Positions 26,133 to 36,946 of a stretch of DNA of 45,276 nt are shown piece by piece (position 1 is the stretch's first letter; each line of letters opens with the position of its first letter). A model generated the notes under the pieces. The model worked only from the letters and a program-made list of their open reading frames with translations, was not told the DNA's origin and ran no database searches. The position numbers were made by a program, and so were the translations under genes. Source of the stretch: an uncultured Clostridia bacterium (GTDB lineage: Bacteria > Bacillota > Clostridia > UMGS1883); contig CANQKL010000001.1 of assembly GCA_947624455.1 (NCBI GenBank), forward strand, positions 1-45,276, written 5' to 3'.

Positions 26133-26501
26133 ATGATCCAACAGCAGACTCTGTTAAAGGTTGCCGACAACACGGGCGCCAAGGAGCTTATGTGCATCCG
26201 GGTGCTGGGCGGCTCCCTCAGAAGATATGGCAATATTGGTGATGTTGTGGTCGCTTCCGTCAAGAAGGCGGCGCCGGGCGGCATGGTCAAGAAGGGCGAC
26301 GTGGTTAAGGCCGTTATCGTCCGCAGCCGCAAGGGCGTGCGCCGGGCCGACGGCACCTATATCAAGTTCGACGAAAACGCCGCCGTCATCATCAAGGAAG
26401 ATAAAAACCCCAGAGGCACCCGTATATTTGGACCGGTAGCGAGAGAGTTGAGAGACCATGACTACATGAAGATCCTCTCCCTTGCCCCCGAGGTCCTCTA
26501 A
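26133..26501 (+). CDS. rplN: 50S ribosomal protein L14
   Basis: [18 protein letters not shown]... Confidence 0.98.
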   Translation: MIQQQTLLKVADNTGAKELMCIRVLGGSLRRYGNIGDVVVASVKKAAPGGMVKKGDVVKAVIVRSRKGVRRADGTYIKFDENAAVIIKEDKNPRGTRIFGPVARELRDHDYMKILSLAPEVL

Positions 26502-26515
26502 TGGGAGGTAAGGCA

Positions 26516-26839
26516 ATGAACACTATGCACATCAAAAAGAACGATACCGTTGTCGTTATCAGCGGTGAGGATAAGGGCAAAAAGGGCAAGGTACTCAAGG
26601 TGGATAACGACAAAAAGCGCGTTATCATCGAGGGCATAAACATGGCTACCAAGCATAAGAAGCCCCGCAGACAGGGCGAGATCGGCGGCATTATCCATCA
26701 GGAGGCCTCCGTCAGCGCCGCCAGCGTAATGCACGTCTGCGACAAGTGCCATCAGGCTACCAGAATAGGCTATACCGTCCTCGGCGACGGCACAAAGGTC
26801 CGCGTCTGCAAGAAGTGCGGCGAGACCTTTGAGAAGTGA
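26516..26839 (+). CDS. rplX: 50S ribosomal protein L24 (Cys4-containing C-terminus)
   Basis: Start ATG 26516 follows GGAGGT. KOW motif KKNDTVVVISGEDKGKKGKV; CDKC...CKKC. Confidence 0.93.
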   Translation: MNTMHIKKNDTVVVISGEDKGKKGKVLKVDNDKKRVIIEGINMATKHKKPRRQGEIGGIIHQEASVSAASVMHVCDKCHQATRIGYTVLGDGTKVRVCKKCGETFEK

Positions 26840-26858
26840 TTGAAAGGAGGTAGCAGCC

Positions 26859-27401
26859 ATGTCTAATATCAAAACACTTTATCAGAATGAAGTCGCTCCC
26901 GCTCTCTTTAAGAAGTTTGAGTACAAGAGCGTTATGCAGATACCCAAGCTGGAGAAGGTCGTTGTGAACATCGGTCTGGGCGAGGCCAAGGACAATCCCA
27001 AGGTCATCGACGCCGCCGCTAACGACCTGGCCACTATAACCGGTCAGAAGCCCGTTGTCACCAAGGCCAAGAAGAGCGTGGCCAACTTCAAGATCCGCCA
27101 GGGCATGAACATCGGCGTAAAGGTGACGCTCCGCGGCGAGAAAATGTATGAGTTCGTAGACCGCCTTTTCAATGTGGCGCTCCCCCGCGTAAGAGACTTC
27201 CGCGGCATAAACCCCAACGCCTTCGACGGCCGGGGCAATTACTCCCTGGGCGTTAAGGAACAGCTTATTTTCCCCGAGATCGAGTATGACAAGATCGACA
27301 AGATCAGGGGCATGGACATCATATTTGTTACCACGGCTAAGACAGACGAAGAAGGCCGCGAGCTGCTTACGCTCCTCGGCGCGCCCTTTACCAGAAGCTA
27401 A
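26859..27401 (+). CDS. rplE: 50S ribosomal protein L5
   Basis: [15 protein letters not shown]...RGMDI. Confidence 0.98.
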   Translation: MSNIKTLYQNEVAPALFKKFEYKSVMQIPKLEKVVVNIGLGEAKDNPKVIDAAANDLATITGQKPVVTKAKKSVANFKIRQGMNIGVKVTLRGEKMYEFVDRLFNVALPRVRDFRGINPNAFDGRGNYSLGVKEQLIFPEIEYDKIDKIRGMDIIFVTTAKTDEEGRELLTLLGAPFTRS

Positions 27402-27415
27402 GGAGGTAAGAGATA

Positions 27416-27601
27416 ATGGCTAAAACATCTATGAAACTCAAGCAGCAGAGAAGGCCCAAGTACAGCACTCGGGCTTACAACCGCTGCAAGATCTGCGGCC
27501 GCCCCCACGCATACCTGCGCAATTACGGCATCTGCCGTATCTGCTTCAGAGAGCTGGCTTACAAGGGCCAGATCCCCGGCGTCAAGAAGGCAAGCTGGTA
27601 A
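27416..27601 (+). CDS. rpsN: 30S ribosomal protein S14, type Z (zinc-binding, 61 aa)
   Basis: [20 protein letters not shown]. Confidence 0.96.
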   Translation: MAKTSMKLKQQRRPKYSTRAYNRCKICGRPHAYLRNYGICRICFRELAYKGQIPGVKKASW

Positions 27602-27631
27602 AATAAAGCTTTTGGAAAAGGAGGTTTACTC

Positions 27632-28030
27632 ATGCAAATCACAGATCCTATCGCGGATATGCTCACCCGCATCCGGAACGCTTGCTCCGCGAAGCATAAA
27701 GCAGTCGATGTTCCCGCTTCCAACATGAAGAAGGCCATCGCTCAGATCCTTCTTGACGAAGGCTATATCAAGAGCTTTGACGTTATTGACGACGGAAACC
27801 AGGGGATCATCCATATAGTTCTCAAGTACGGCAAGAATAACGAAAAGGTCATCTCCGGCCTTAAAAGGATATCCAAGCCCGGCCTGCGCGTGTACGCCGG
27901 TAAGGAGGAGATCCCTTATGTACTCAAGGGCCTGGGCGTAGCTATTGTTTCAACGTCCAAGGGCGTTATGACGGATAAGAAAGCAAGAGCGGAGAAGGTC
28001 GGCGGTGAAGTTCTTGCTATCGTATGGTAG
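27632..28030 (+). CDS. rpsH: 30S ribosomal protein S8
   Basis: [14 protein letters not shown]... Confidence 0.98.
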   Translation: MQITDPIADMLTRIRNACSAKHKAVDVPASNMKKAIAQILLDEGYIKSFDVIDDGNQGIIHIVLKYGKNNEKVISGLKRISKPGLRVYAGKEEIPYVLKGLGVAIVSTSKGVMTDKKARAEKVGGEVLAIVW

Positions 28031-28054
28031 TGGAAGGAATCAGGTGATGATATT

Positions 28055-28603
28055 ATGTCAAGAATAGGAAGAATGCCTATCACCGTACCGGCCGGAGTTA
28101 CCGTTGACATTGCCGAGGGCAATGTGGTAACCGTTAAGGGCCCCAAGGGTACCCTCACCAAGCAGCTCCACGGTGATATGATAATAAAGCAGGAGTCCGG
28201 CGTAGTGACCGTGGCCCGTCCCAGCGAGGACAAGGCTCACAAGAGCCTCCACGGCCTTACCCGCAGCCTGCTGCACAATATGGTTGTCGGCGTGACCGAC
28301 GGCTTCTCCAAGGAACTGGAGATAAACGGCGTGGGCTACCGCGCCCAGATGCAGGGCAAGACCCTGGTTCTCAACCTGGGCTATTCTCACCCTGTTGAGT
28401 ATTCGCCCGTAGAGGGCATTACCATCGAGTGTCCCTCTCAGACGAGCATTATCGTCAAGGGCGCCGATAAACAGACAGTCGGCCAGGTCGCCGCGGAGAT
28501 CAGGGAGAAGAGAGGCCCCGAGCCTTATAAGGGCAAGGGCATCAAGTATGTCTCCGAGCATATCATCCGCAAGGAAGGCAAGGCCGGTAAGGCTAAGAAA
28601 TAA
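28055..28603 (+). CDS. rplF: 50S ribosomal protein L6
   Basis: [15 protein letters not shown]...GYSHPV. Confidence 0.97.
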   Translation: MSRIGRMPITVPAGVTVDIAEGNVVTVKGPKGTLTKQLHGDMIIKQESGVVTVARPSEDKAHKSLHGLTRSLLHNMVVGVTDGFSKELEINGVGYRAQMQGKTLVLNLGYSHPVEYSPVEGITIECPSQTSIIVKGADKQTVGQVAAEIREKRGPEPYKGKGIKYVSEHIIRKEGKAGKAKK

Positions 28604-28620
28604 GAGAGGAGATTGGCGAG

Positions 28621-28977
28621 ATGATTAGTAAGCCCAACAGTAATAAGGCGCGGCTCAAGAGACATCGCCGTATTCGTAATAAAATTGTCGGTACAGCTCA
28701 GCGTCCCCGTCTCAACGTATTCCGTAGCCTTAACAATATGTACGCCCAGCTCATCGACGATGAAAAGGGCGTGACCCTGGTTTCCGCTTCCAGCCTTGAA
28801 TTCAAAGAGGAGTACGGCGGAAATGTGGAGGCTGCCAAAAAGGTCGGTCAGGCAGTTGCCGAAAAGGCCAAGGCGGCAGGCATCACATCGGTTGTATTCG
28901 ACCGCAGCGGCTACATCTATCACGGCAGAGTAGCGGCTCTGGCCCAGGGCGCCCGTGAGGGCGGCCTTGAGTTCTAA
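28621..28977 (+). CDS. rplR: 50S ribosomal protein L18
   Basis: [22 protein letters not shown]...[18 protein letters not shown]. Confidence 0.97.
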   Translation: MISKPNSNKARLKRHRRIRNKIVGTAQRPRLNVFRSLNNMYAQLIDDEKGVTLVSASSLEFKEEYGGNVEAAKKVGQAVAEKAKAAGITSVVFDRSGYIYHGRVAALAQGAREGGLEF

Positions 28978-28996
28978 GGAAGGAGGAAGAAGTCAA

Positions 28997-29629
28997 ATGG
29001 CAGAACAGATAAACGAGCAGAACACCGAGCAGAAAACCGAACAGAGAACCGAGCAAAAGAGCGAGCAGAGAGCCGAGCGGCCCGAGAGAGGCAGCCGCGG
29101 CGACAGACGCTCTGACAGACCCCGCAGAGATCGCAGGGATCGGGATCGGGACGCTGGACCGGAGCTTATAGAAAAGGTCGTAAGACTTAACCGCGTAGCC
29201 AAGACCGTCAAGGGCGGCCGTACCATGCGCTTCAGCGCTCTGGTGGTAGTCGGCGACGGCAAGGGCAAGGTAGGCTGCGGCATGGGTAAGGCGGCGGAAG
29301 TTCCCGACGCTATCCGCAAGGGCATTGAGGACGCCAAGAAGAACATGATTTCCGTCCCCCTTTCGGAGGATACCATTCCTCACGAGATCACCGGCGTGTT
29401 CGGCGCGGGCAGGGTACTCATCATGCCCGCTAAGGAAGGTACCGGTATCATCGCCGGCGGCAGCGTCCGCGCGGTGATGGAGGCCGCGGGTATCAAGAAT
29501 ATCCGGACAAAGTGCCTTCGCAGCAACAACCCCACCAACGTGGTCCGCGCTACTATGCAGGGCCTGGCCTCTTTGAAGAACGCCGAGGAAGTGGCGCGGC
29601 TCAGGGGCAAGGACGCCAAAGAGCTGTAA
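28997..29629 (+). CDS. rpsE: 30S ribosomal protein S5 with an N-terminal low-complexity extension of about 45 aa
   Basis: Start ATG 28997 follows AAGGAGGAAG. Core [30 protein letters not shown]. Confidence 0.93.
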   Translation: MAEQINEQNTEQKTEQRTEQKSEQRAERPERGSRGDRRSDRPRRDRRDRDRDAGPELIEKVVRLNRVAKTVKGGRTMRFSALVVVGDGKGKVGCGMGKAAEVPDAIRKGIEDAKKNMISVPLSEDTIPHEITGVFGAGRVLIMPAKEGTGIIAGGSVRAVMEAAGIKNIRTKCLRSNNPTNVVRATMQGLASLKNAEEVARLRGKDAKEL

Positions 29630-29643
29630 GGAGGAGAACGAAC

Positions 29644-29823
29644 GTGGCACAGCTTAAAATAACGCTTGTCAAAAGCACAATCGGCCGCAAGGCCGACCAG
29701 ATCGCCACTGTGGAGGCTCTGGGTTTGAAGAAGATACGTGACGTTGTACTCAAGGCCGATACCCCTCAGATGAGAGGCATGGTCAACAGGGTAAGTCACC
29801 TTGTAACAGTTGAAGAAGTCTAA
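29644..29823 (+). CDS. rpmD: 50S ribosomal protein L30
   Basis: GTG 29644 follows AAGGAGG; [27 protein letters not shown]. Confidence 0.9.
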   Translation: MAQLKITLVKSTIGRKADQIATVEALGLKKIRDVVLKADTPQMRGMVNRVSHLVTVEEV

Positions 29824-29837
29824 GGGAGGTGTGGCAA

Positions 29838-30278
29838 ATGAAACTTTACGAGCTTAGTCCCGTACCCGGCAGCAAAACCGAGCCCAAGAGAAAGGGCCGC
29901 GGCGCCGGTTCCGGCAACGGCAAAACGGCCGGCCGCGGCCATAAGGGCCAGAACGCCCGCAGCGGCGGCGGCGTAAGGCCCGGCTTTGAAGGCGGCCAGA
30001 TGCCTTTGTACAGACGTTTGCCCAAGAGAGGCTTTAACAACGTCTTTGCCAAGTCCTATATGGAGGTGAACGTTTCCGAGCTGAACAAGTTCGAGAACGG
30101 CGCCGTTGTTGACGCCGCCGCCCTCAAGGAGGCTGGCGTTATATCCAAGATCATGGACGGCGTAGTGATCCTCGGCAGGGGTGAACTCACCAAAAGCCTG
30201 ACTGTAAAGGCTGTAAGATTTACAAAAGGAGCGGCTGAAAAGATAGCCGCGGCCGGCGGTAAGGTGGAGGTGATCTGA
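29838..30278 (+). CDS. rplO: 50S ribosomal protein L15
   Basis: ATG 29838 follows GGGAGGTG; [13 protein letters not shown]...[14 protein letters not shown]. Confidence 0.95.
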   Translation: MKLYELSPVPGSKTEPKRKGRGAGSGNGKTAGRGHKGQNARSGGGVRPGFEGGQMPLYRRLPKRGFNNVFAKSYMEVNVSELNKFENGAVVDAAALKEAGVISKIMDGVVILGRGELTKSLTVKAVRFTKGAAEKIAAAGGKVEVI

Positions 30279-30279
30279 C

Positions 30280-31611
30280 GTGCTCGATACGATTCGCAAC
30301 GCATGGAGGATCCCCGATTTAAGAAAGAAAATACTCTATACCTTCCTTATGCTGGTAATTTTCCGTTTGGGCAGCGTTATCCCCGTTCCGTGGCTGGACG
30401 CCGACGTGGTGTCCGCCTGGATCGCGGGCAACGGCACCGGCAGCACCCTGTTCAACCTTTTGGACACCTTCTCCGGCGGCAACCTGTCCAACGCCACCAT
30501 ATTTGCCATGTCCATCACCCCCTATATCAACAGCTCCATCATTATGCAGCTCCTCTGCGTGGCTATCCCCGCCCTGGAGCGCATGAGCAAGGAGGGTGAA
30601 GAGGGCAGAAAAAAGATAACCAAGATCACCCGTTACGTGACGGTAGCCCTGGCGGCCCTTCAGGCCTGGGGCTTAGGCATCACTCTTGACCGTCAGGGAG
30701 CCGTCGCCACCGTAAGCGGCATCCCCCACTGGCTGGTAATGCTCACCATTATCGTGTCCTTTACAGCCGGTACGGCCTTCCTAATGTGGCTGGGCGAGGA
30801 GATCACGGGCAAGGGCATCGGCAACGGCATTTCCATGCTGATCTTCGCCGGTATCGTCTGCCGTGTTCCCAACATGGCCGTTTCCGCCTGGAACTCCTTC
30901 ATGACCGGCGGCCAGAACAAGTGGTGGATGCTTGTGCTGCTGCTTGTATATATCATCGCCTCCATCGCTTTCGTCGTTCTTGTCAACGAGGCTGAGCGGA
31001 GGATCCCCGTCCAGTACGCCAAGCGCGTGGTTGGCCGGAAAATGTACGGCGGTCAGTCCACCTTCATTCCCATCAAGGTGGCCATGGCGGGCGTTATCCC
31101 CATCATCTTCGCCATGAGCATCATCACCTTCCCCGCCACGCTGGCGCAGCTTTTCAGCCGCAGCCAGAGCGGCATACTCTACAAGATCGCTTCCTTCATC
31201 ATAGGCAACGGTCAGGGAATGGCAAGGATACCCAGCATGATATTCTATCCCGTTGTATACTTCCTTTTGATCGTGGGCTTCACGTATTTCTATACGTCCA
31301 TCACCTTCAACCCCATCGAGGTATCCAACAACATCAAGCATAACAACGGCATGGTACCCGGCCTGCGCCCCGGTAAGCCCACTAGCGACTATATCTCTAA
31401 GGTGCTTTCCAGAATAACCCTTGTGGGCGCCTGCTTCCTGGGCATCGTGGCCGTACTGCCCATCATTATCAGCGAGATATTCCTGTCCAACCTCAGCTCT
31501 CTCGCCCTCACCGGCACCAGCTTGCTCATCGTCGTGGGCGTTGCCCTGGAGACTGTTAAGCAGTTGGAGAGCCAGATGCTGATGCGCCATTACAAGGGCT
31601 TCCTTGAGTAA
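30280..31611 (+). CDS. secY: Preprotein translocase subunit SecY
   Basis: GTG start; 10-TM protein with SecY blocks (IFAMSITPYINSSIIMQLL, GEEITGKGIGNGISMLIFAGI). Confidence 0.96.
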   Translation: MLDTIRNAWRIPDLRKKILYTFLMLVIFRLGSVIPVPWLDADVVSAWIAGNGTGSTLFNLLDTFSGGNLSNATIFAMSITPYINSSIIMQLLCVAIPALERMSKEGEEGRKKITKITRYVTVALAALQAWGLGITLDRQGAVATVSGIPHWLVMLTIIVSFTAGTAFLMWLGEEITGKGIGNGISMLIFAGIVCRVPNMAVSAWNSFMTGGQNKWWMLVLLLVYIIASIAFVVLVNEAERRIPVQYAKRVVGRKMYGGQSTFIPIKVAMAGVIPIIFAMSIITFPATLAQLFSRSQSGILYKIASFIIGNGQGMARIPSMIFYPVVYFLLIVGFTYFYTSITFNPIEVSNNIKHNNGMVPGLRPGKPTSDYISKVLSRITLVGACFLGIVAVLPIIISEIFLSNLSSLALTGTSLLIVVGVALETVKQLESQMLMRHYKGFLE

Positions 31612-31633
31612 TTGGCTGGCGGAGGTTGTCAGC

Positions 31634-32269
31634 ATGAAAATTACAATTATGGGACCTCCCGGCGGCGGAAAGGGAACTCAGGCGGAAATGCTGGAAAAGC
31701 GCTTCGCCATTCCCCACATCTCCACCGGTGCGATAATCAGAAAAGCTATAAGCGAGCGGACTCCGCTGGGACTGGCGGCCCAGGACTATATAGCCAAGGG
31801 CGACCTGGTTCCCGACGACGTGGTCATTTCTATGGTAAAGGAACGCCTGGCCGAGCCTGACTGCGAGGCCGGATATATCTTGGACGGCTTTCCCCGCACC
31901 ATCCCCCAGGCCGAGGCCATGGAGAGCATGGGGATAAACTTGGACTGCGCCCTTGAGATAAGGGTGGACGACGAGGACATCGTACAGCGGCTCGGCGGAC
32001 GGCGGGAATGCAGCGTCTGCGCGGCGCCCTACCATGTGCGCTATAACCCGCCTAAAACGGAGGGCAAGTGCGACAAGTGCGGCGGCGAGCTGATAAGGCG
32101 GGCCGACGACGCGGCGGAAACCGTTCGGGAACGGCTCAGCGTTTACCACGCTCAGACGGAACCCCTCAGAAGGTTTTACCAGGAGCGCAGCCTCCTGCGC
32201 ACGGCTAAGGGCTGCGAGGAGCTTGCCGACACCACGAAAAACGTGCTTGAGGCTCTTGGAGTAAACTGA
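31634..32269 (+). CDS. adk: Adenylate kinase (Zn-lid type)
   Basis: P-loop GPPGGGKGTQ; lid CSVC...CDKC. Confidence 0.96.
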   Translation: MKITIMGPPGGGKGTQAEMLEKRFAIPHISTGAIIRKAISERTPLGLAAQDYIAKGDLVPDDVVISMVKERLAEPDCEAGYILDGFPRTIPQAEAMESMGINLDCALEIRVDDEDIVQRLGGRRECSVCAAPYHVRYNPPKTEGKCDKCGGELIRRADDAAETVRERLSVYHAQTEPLRRFYQERSLLRTAKGCEELADTTKNVLEALGVN

Positions 32270-33024
32270 TGATCACGATTAAAACAAAATCCGATATCGA
32301 AAAAATGTCCGAAGCTGGCAAAATAGTCGCCGCTGCCCTGGAAAGGGCGGCGGAGGCGGTGCGCCCGGGAATGTCCACGGCGGAGCTTGACGCGGCGGTG
32401 GAAAAGGTAATCCTTTCCCACGGGGCCGTCCCCTCCTTTAAGGGGTATCACGGCTTTCCGGCCTGCTGCTGCATATCCCGCAACGAGGTGGTCGTTCACG
32501 GCATCCCCTCCCGCAGGGAGATACTTCGGGAGGGCGATATCGTCAGCGTGGACGTGGGGGCCTTTTACAAGGGCTACCACGGCGACGCGGCCCGAACCTT
32601 CCCGGTGGGGGAGGTCAGCAACGAGGCCCGGCGGCTCATGGACGTCACCAAGGAGTGTTTCTTCCGGGGAGCGGCCATGGCGGCGGCGGGCAACCGCATC
32701 GGCGACATTGGCAGCGCGGTTCAGACCTTTGCCGAGGAAAACGGCTTCGGCGTGGTCAGGGCTTTGGTGGGCCACGGCGTGGGCAGGGAGCTGCACGAGG
32801 CTCCCGACGTTCCCAACTTTGGGCGGCCGGGCCACGGAGTCCGGCTCGTGAAGAACATGGTCATCGCCATCGAGCCTATGATCACCGCCGGCGGCTACGA
32901 GGTCAATTTTGACCGGCGGGACGGCTGGACTTGCAGGACAAACGACAAAAGTCTTTCAGCTCACTACGAAAATACTGTTGTAGTCACGGACAACGGCCCC
33001 GTCTTTCTCACCCTTGAAGCGTAA
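32269..33024 (+). CDS. map: Type I methionine aminopeptidase
   Basis: TGATG overlap with adk; metal-ligand blocks DIVSVDVG, GYHGD, VGHGVG, IEPM. Confidence 0.95.
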   Translation: MITIKTKSDIEKMSEAGKIVAAALERAAEAVRPGMSTAELDAAVEKVILSHGAVPSFKGYHGFPACCCISRNEVVVHGIPSRREILREGDIVSVDVGAFYKGYHGDAARTFPVGEVSNEARRLMDVTKECFFRGAAMAAAGNRIGDIGSAVQTFAEENGFGVVRALVGHGVGRELHEAPDVPNFGRPGHGVRLVKNMVIAIEPMITAGGYEVNFDRRDGWTCRTNDKSLSAHYENTVVVTDNGPVFLTLEA

Positions 33025-33036
33025 GGCGGTGGGAAC

Positions 33037-33291
33037 GTGAAGGCGGGCGCGTTGGTAGAATCGACGGCGGGCCGCGACCGGGGACGGTTGTACCTGGTTA
33101 TCGGCGTGGAGGCGCCCTTCGCCCTTGTGGCGGACGGAAAGAGCCGCACCCTGGCCTCGCCCAAGAAAAAACGGTTAAAGCATATCGCCCCCCTGGGAGC
33201 GGAAACGGAGCTTTCCGCCCTGGAGTGCGACGCACATATCAGAAAGGCAATAAAACGGCTCAGCGCCGAAGGAGGTTGTCACCATGGCTAA
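33037..33291 (+). CDS. KOW-domain small protein, common between map and infA in Clostridia
   Basis: GTG start; [20 protein letters not shown] is KOW-like; overlaps infA by 8 nt. Confidence 0.6.
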   Translation: MKAGALVESTAGRDRGRLYLVIGVEAPFALVADGKSRTLASPKKKRLKHIAPLGAETELSALECDAHIRKAIKRLSAEGGCHHG

Positions 33292-33502
33292 GGACGATGC
33301 TATCGAGCTGGAAGGTACCGTACTGGAGGCTCTGCCCAACACGATGTTTCAAGTGGAGCTGCAAGGCGGACACAAGATCCTGGCTCACATTTCAGGCAAG
33401 CTTCGTATGAACTTCATAAGGATACTGCCCGGCGATAAGGTTACGGTGGAGCTTTCGCCCTACGACCTGACCAGGGGCAGGATCACATGGAGAGCAAAAT
33501 AA
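33284..33502 (+). CDS. infA: Translation initiation factor IF-1
   Basis: [38 protein letters not shown]. Confidence 0.98.
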   Translation: MAKDDAIELEGTVLEALPNTMFQVELQGGHKILAHISGKLRMNFIRILPGDKVTVELSPYDLTRGRITWRAK

Positions 33503-33545
33503 GATTCGTCACATTCACGTCAGTGAATTTTAGGAGGTAATTGAG

Positions 33546-33659
33546 ATGAAGGTAAGACCCTCTGTAAAACCTATTTGCGAGAAGTGCAAAATAATAAAGA
33601 GAAAAGGCAGAATCATGGTGATCTGCGAAAACCCTAAGCATAAGCAGAAGCAGGGCTGA
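33546..33659 (+). CDS. rpmJ: 50S ribosomal protein L36 (37 aa, Zn-ribbon form)
   Basis: Not in the ORF track (too short). AGGAGG RBS; [37 protein letters not shown]. Confidence 0.95.
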   Translation: MKVRPSVKPICEKCKIIKRKGRIMVICENPKHKQKQG

Positions 33660-33899
33660 TCATTTCGCTGCGGGCGCGGCTGAAGCCGGCGGTTATCCCG
33701 CTGGCTGCCCAAAACGCGCATCACCCTACCATATAAACTAAGCGCGGACAGTTCTCCGCGCCGAAAAGGAACCTCTGAAAAATCACGCCCGCGCCGCCCA
33801 GGCGGCAAAATGAGGAAAATCGCGTCAGTCCGTGACGCGCCGGATTTGGTCAGAGCTTCCCAAAAAAGTTTTTTAAAATTTTTGGAGGTGTATTAAAGG

Positions 33900-34268
33900 A
33901 TGGCAAGAATAGCCGGTGTAGATTTGCCCCGTGAAAAGCGTGTAGAGATCGGTCTCACATATGTTTACGGCATTGGCAGAAGCAGTGCTAATAAAATCCT
34001 TGCAGAAACCGGTATCAACCCCGATACCCGTGTAAAAGATCTCACGGAGGACGACGTCGCGAAGCTTCGCGAGGCCATCGACAAGGAATACGTTGTCGAG
34101 GGCGACCTTCGCAGAGACGTGGCGCTGAACATTAAGCGCCTCATCGAGATAGGCTCCTACCGTGGATCCCGCCACAGAAAGGGACTTCCCTGCCGTGGCC
34201 AGAGAACAAAAACCAACGCCCGGACCCGCAAGGAACCTAAGCGTTCCATTGCAGATAAGAAGGAGTGA
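33900..34268 (+). CDS. rpsM: 30S ribosomal protein S13
   Basis: [26 protein letters not shown]. Confidence 0.98.
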   Translation: MARIAGVDLPREKRVEIGLTYVYGIGRSSANKILAETGINPDTRVKDLTEDDVAKLREAIDKEYVVEGDLRRDVALNIKRLIEIGSYRGSRHRKGLPCRGQRTKTNARTRKEPKRSIADKKE

Positions 34269-34280
34269 GGAGGAGAGAGT

Positions 34281-34676
34281 ATGGCTAAGACAGTCAAGAG
34301 AACAGTTCGTAAGCGCAGAGAGCGCAAGAATATCGAACGGGGCGCCGCTCATATCAGCAGCACCTTCAACAACACCATCGTCACCATCACCGACGTTAAC
34401 GGCAACGCTCTTTCCTGGGCCAGCGCGGGCGGACTCGGCTTCCGCGGCAGCAAAAAGAGCACTCCCTTCGCGGCGCAGACAGCCGCCGAAACCGCGGCAA
34501 AGGCCGCTATGGAACACGGTCTTAAGGTCGTCGAGGTATTCGTAAAAGGCCCCGGCGCCGGTCGTGAGGCCGCGATCCGTGCCCTCCAGGCCGCGGGTCT
34601 CGAAGTAACTCTTATCAAGGACGTGACTCCCATTCCTCACAATGGCTGCCGTCCCCCCAAGAGAAGAAGAGTCTGA
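34281..34676 (+). CDS. rpsK: 30S ribosomal protein S11
   Basis: [37 protein letters not shown]. Confidence 0.98.
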   Translation: MAKTVKRTVRKRRERKNIERGAAHISSTFNNTIVTITDVNGNALSWASAGGLGFRGSKKSTPFAAQTAAETAAKAAMEHGLKVVEVFVKGPGAGREAAIRALQAAGLEVTLIKDVTPIPHNGCRPPKRRRV

Positions 34677-34697
34677 TTTTAGAAGGAGGTTACCGCA

Positions 34698-35291
34698 ATG
34701 GCAAAAAATATGCAGCCCGTTCTCAAGCGGTGCAGAACTTTGGGCATTGAGCCCAGCGTTATGGGCATTGACAAAAAGAGCAGACGCAACCCCGGCCCTC
34801 AGAGAAGAAAGCAGTCTGAGTACGGCCTCCAGCTCAATGAAAAGCAGAAGGCCAAGTTCATTTACGGCGTCATGGAAAAGCAGTTCAGAAAGTATTTTGA
34901 GCTGGCGGAAAAGAGAGAGGGTATCACCGGTGAAAACCTGCTCTCCATCCTTGAAAGCAGACTCGACAACGTTATCTTCCGGCTCGGTCTTGCGGACACC
35001 CGCCGTCAGGCCCGTCAGATAGTTACCCACGGTCACGTGCTGGTAAACGGCAAGCGCGTGAACATCCCTTCTTATCTGGTCAAGACCGGTCAGGTCATCT
35101 CCCTTCGGGAAAAGACCGCTACCGCCGACTGGATGAAGAATATAGTAGAGGCTAATTCCACCCGCAGCGTGCCCAAGTGGCTCAGCATGGATAAGAATAC
35201 TCTCACTGCCACTGTCGCCGATATGCCCAAGAGAGACGATATTGACTTTGAGATCAGCGAAACGCTTATAGTTGAGTTGTACTCCAAGTAA
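34698..35291 (+). CDS. rpsD: 30S ribosomal protein S4
   Basis: S4 domain LESRLDNVIFRLGLADTRRQARQIVTHGHVLVNGKRVNIPSY. Confidence 0.97.
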   Translation: MAKNMQPVLKRCRTLGIEPSVMGIDKKSRRNPGPQRRKQSEYGLQLNEKQKAKFIYGVMEKQFRKYFELAEKREGITGENLLSILESRLDNVIFRLGLADTRRQARQIVTHGHVLVNGKRVNIPSYLVKTGQVISLREKTATADWMKNIVEANSTRSVPKWLSMDKNTLTATVADMPKRDDIDFEISETLIVELYSK

Positions 35292-35347
35292 TAGACTCCC
35301 TCGGTCAAACCTATCAGTATTAGTAATTTGAGTAGGAGGGTATAACT

Positions 35348-36304
35348 ATGACAGATTTGAGATTTGAAAAGCCTCGCGTGGAGCGGGTCACGCTCAGCGA
35401 GGACGGTTCCTACGGTAAGTACACTGTGTCTCCCCTGCAGAGGGGCTACGGTACGACCCTGGGCAATTCCCTTCGCAGAATGATGCTGTCCTCGCTGGAA
35501 GGCGCGGCCTTCACCTCGATAAAAATTGACGGCATCCAGCACGAGTTTTCCACCATCCCCGGCGTCAAGGAGGATGTCAGCGAGATCGTGCTGAACATCA
35601 AGCAGGTGATAATCAAGCTTCACGGCGACGGCCCCAAGACCGTTTACGTTGAGGCAGAGGGCGCCGGCGAACTCTGTGCCCGCGACATCAAGTGCGACAG
35701 CGACATAGAGATAATCAACGGCGACCTGCATATCGCCACCCTCAATGACGACGCAAAGCTCTACATGGAACTCACGGTGAACAAGGGCCGCGGCTATGAC
35801 AGCGCCGAGAGGAACAAGGCGCTCAGTCAGCCCCTCATCGGCCTCATTCCCGTGGACTCCATTTATACCCCTGTCCACAAGGTGAATTACACTGTCGAGA
35901 ACACCCGTGTGGGACAGAGTACCGACTACGACAAGCTCACTGTGGAGGTCTGGACAAACGGCACCAAGACCGCCGACGAGGCTATCAGCCTGGCGGCCAA
36001 GATCATCAACGATCACATGATGCTCTTCATCCAGCTCACCGACGAGGCGATGAACGTAGAAACCATGGTAGAGAAGGAAGAGACTAAGAAGGAAAAGGTT
36101 CTGGAAATGACAATCGAGGAGCTGGATCTTTCGGTTCGTTCCTACAACTGCCTCAAGCGCGCGGGAATCAACACCGTCGAGGATCTGACCCAGCGCAGAG
36201 AAGAAGAAATGATGAAGGTCCGCAACCTGGGCCGCAAGTCCTTGGACGAGGTTTGCAACAAGCTCCAAAATCTGGGCTTGAGCTTTGCGCCCGAAGAGGA
36301 TTGA
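35348..36304 (+). CDS. rpoA: DNA-directed RNA polymerase subunit alpha
   Basis: N-terminal assembly domain plus C-terminal domain ([23 protein letters not shown]). Confidence 0.97.
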   Translation: MTDLRFEKPRVERVTLSEDGSYGKYTVSPLQRGYGTTLGNSLRRMMLSSLEGAAFTSIKIDGIQHEFSTIPGVKEDVSEIVLNIKQVIIKLHGDGPKTVYVEAEGAGELCARDIKCDSDIEIINGDLHIATLNDDAKLYMELTVNKGRGYDSAERNKALSQPLIGLIPVDSIYTPVHKVNYTVENTRVGQSTDYDKLTVEVWTNGTKTADEAISLAAKIINDHMMLFIQLTDEAMNVETMVEKEETKKEKVLEMTIEELDLSVRSYNCLKRAGINTVEDLTQRREEEMMKVRNLGRKSLDEVCNKLQNLGLSFAPEED

Positions 36305-36367
36305 CCCCGGACCTGATCCGGCAAAATTCAACAGCGGTCTTTTGACCCGTTATAGGAGGAAATATCA

Positions 36368-36712
36368 ATGGCTGGAACAAGAAAGCTCGGTCGCACCACC
36401 GACCACAGAATGGCTATGCTCCGCGGCATGGTAACGGCTCTCCTGGACAACGGCAAAATCGAAACAACTGTGACCCGGGCAAAGGAGGTTCGCACTCTGG
36501 CTGAGAACATGATAACTCTCGGTAAGAGGGGCGACCTTCACGCGCGCCGTCAGGCCCTTGCGTTTATCACCAAGGAGGACGTGGTCAAGAAGGTATTCGA
36601 CGAGCTGGCTCCCAAGTATGGGGAGCGTCAGGGCGGCTACACGCAGATAATCAAGACCGGCGTGCGCCGGGGCGATAACGCTCCCATGGCTATTATCAAG
36701 CTTGTGGACTGA
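36368..36712 (+). CDS. rplQ: 50S ribosomal protein L17
   Basis: [35 protein letters not shown]. Confidence 0.97.
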   Translation: MAGTRKLGRTTDHRMAMLRGMVTALLDNGKIETTVTRAKEVRTLAENMITLGKRGDLHARRQALAFITKEDVVKKVFDELAPKYGERQGGYTQIIKTGVRRGDNAPMAIIKLVD

Positions 36713-36728
36713 TATAAAAAAACGCTCT

Positions 36729-36769
36729 CGCGGGAACAACCCGAACGGTTTTTCCCGCGGTGCCTTTTT
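36729..36769 (+). terminator. Hairpin/terminator after rplQ
   Basis: cgcgggaacaacc-cgaa-cggtttttcccgcg, a 13-bp stem with one mismatch. The T5 run is offset by 5 nt. Confidence 0.5.
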
Positions 36770-36771
36770 CT

Positions 36772-36928
36772 GCATCGGGCGCTTTCGCTTACGAAATATT
36801 GGTTTTGTCATGACAAAACCAATATTTCTACCCCGATTATAGTATAAAATCCCGGGTACACGCCCCGGGATTTTATGTTTTTATCGAAAGGGAGTTCCCT
36901 TTCGAGCTTTCCCCATCGTGCATAGGGT
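36772..36928 (+). repeat. Composite multi-hairpin repeat, family C, copy 1 (contains a canonical terminator module)
   Basis: Collinear with 44552-44699. Modules: palindrome 36795-36826; aaaatcccggg-tacacgc-cccgggatttt plus T-run (36847-36882); tcgaaaggga-gt-tccctttcga. Confidence 0.85.
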
Positions 36929-36946
36929 TTGCCAGCAGCCTGATAC

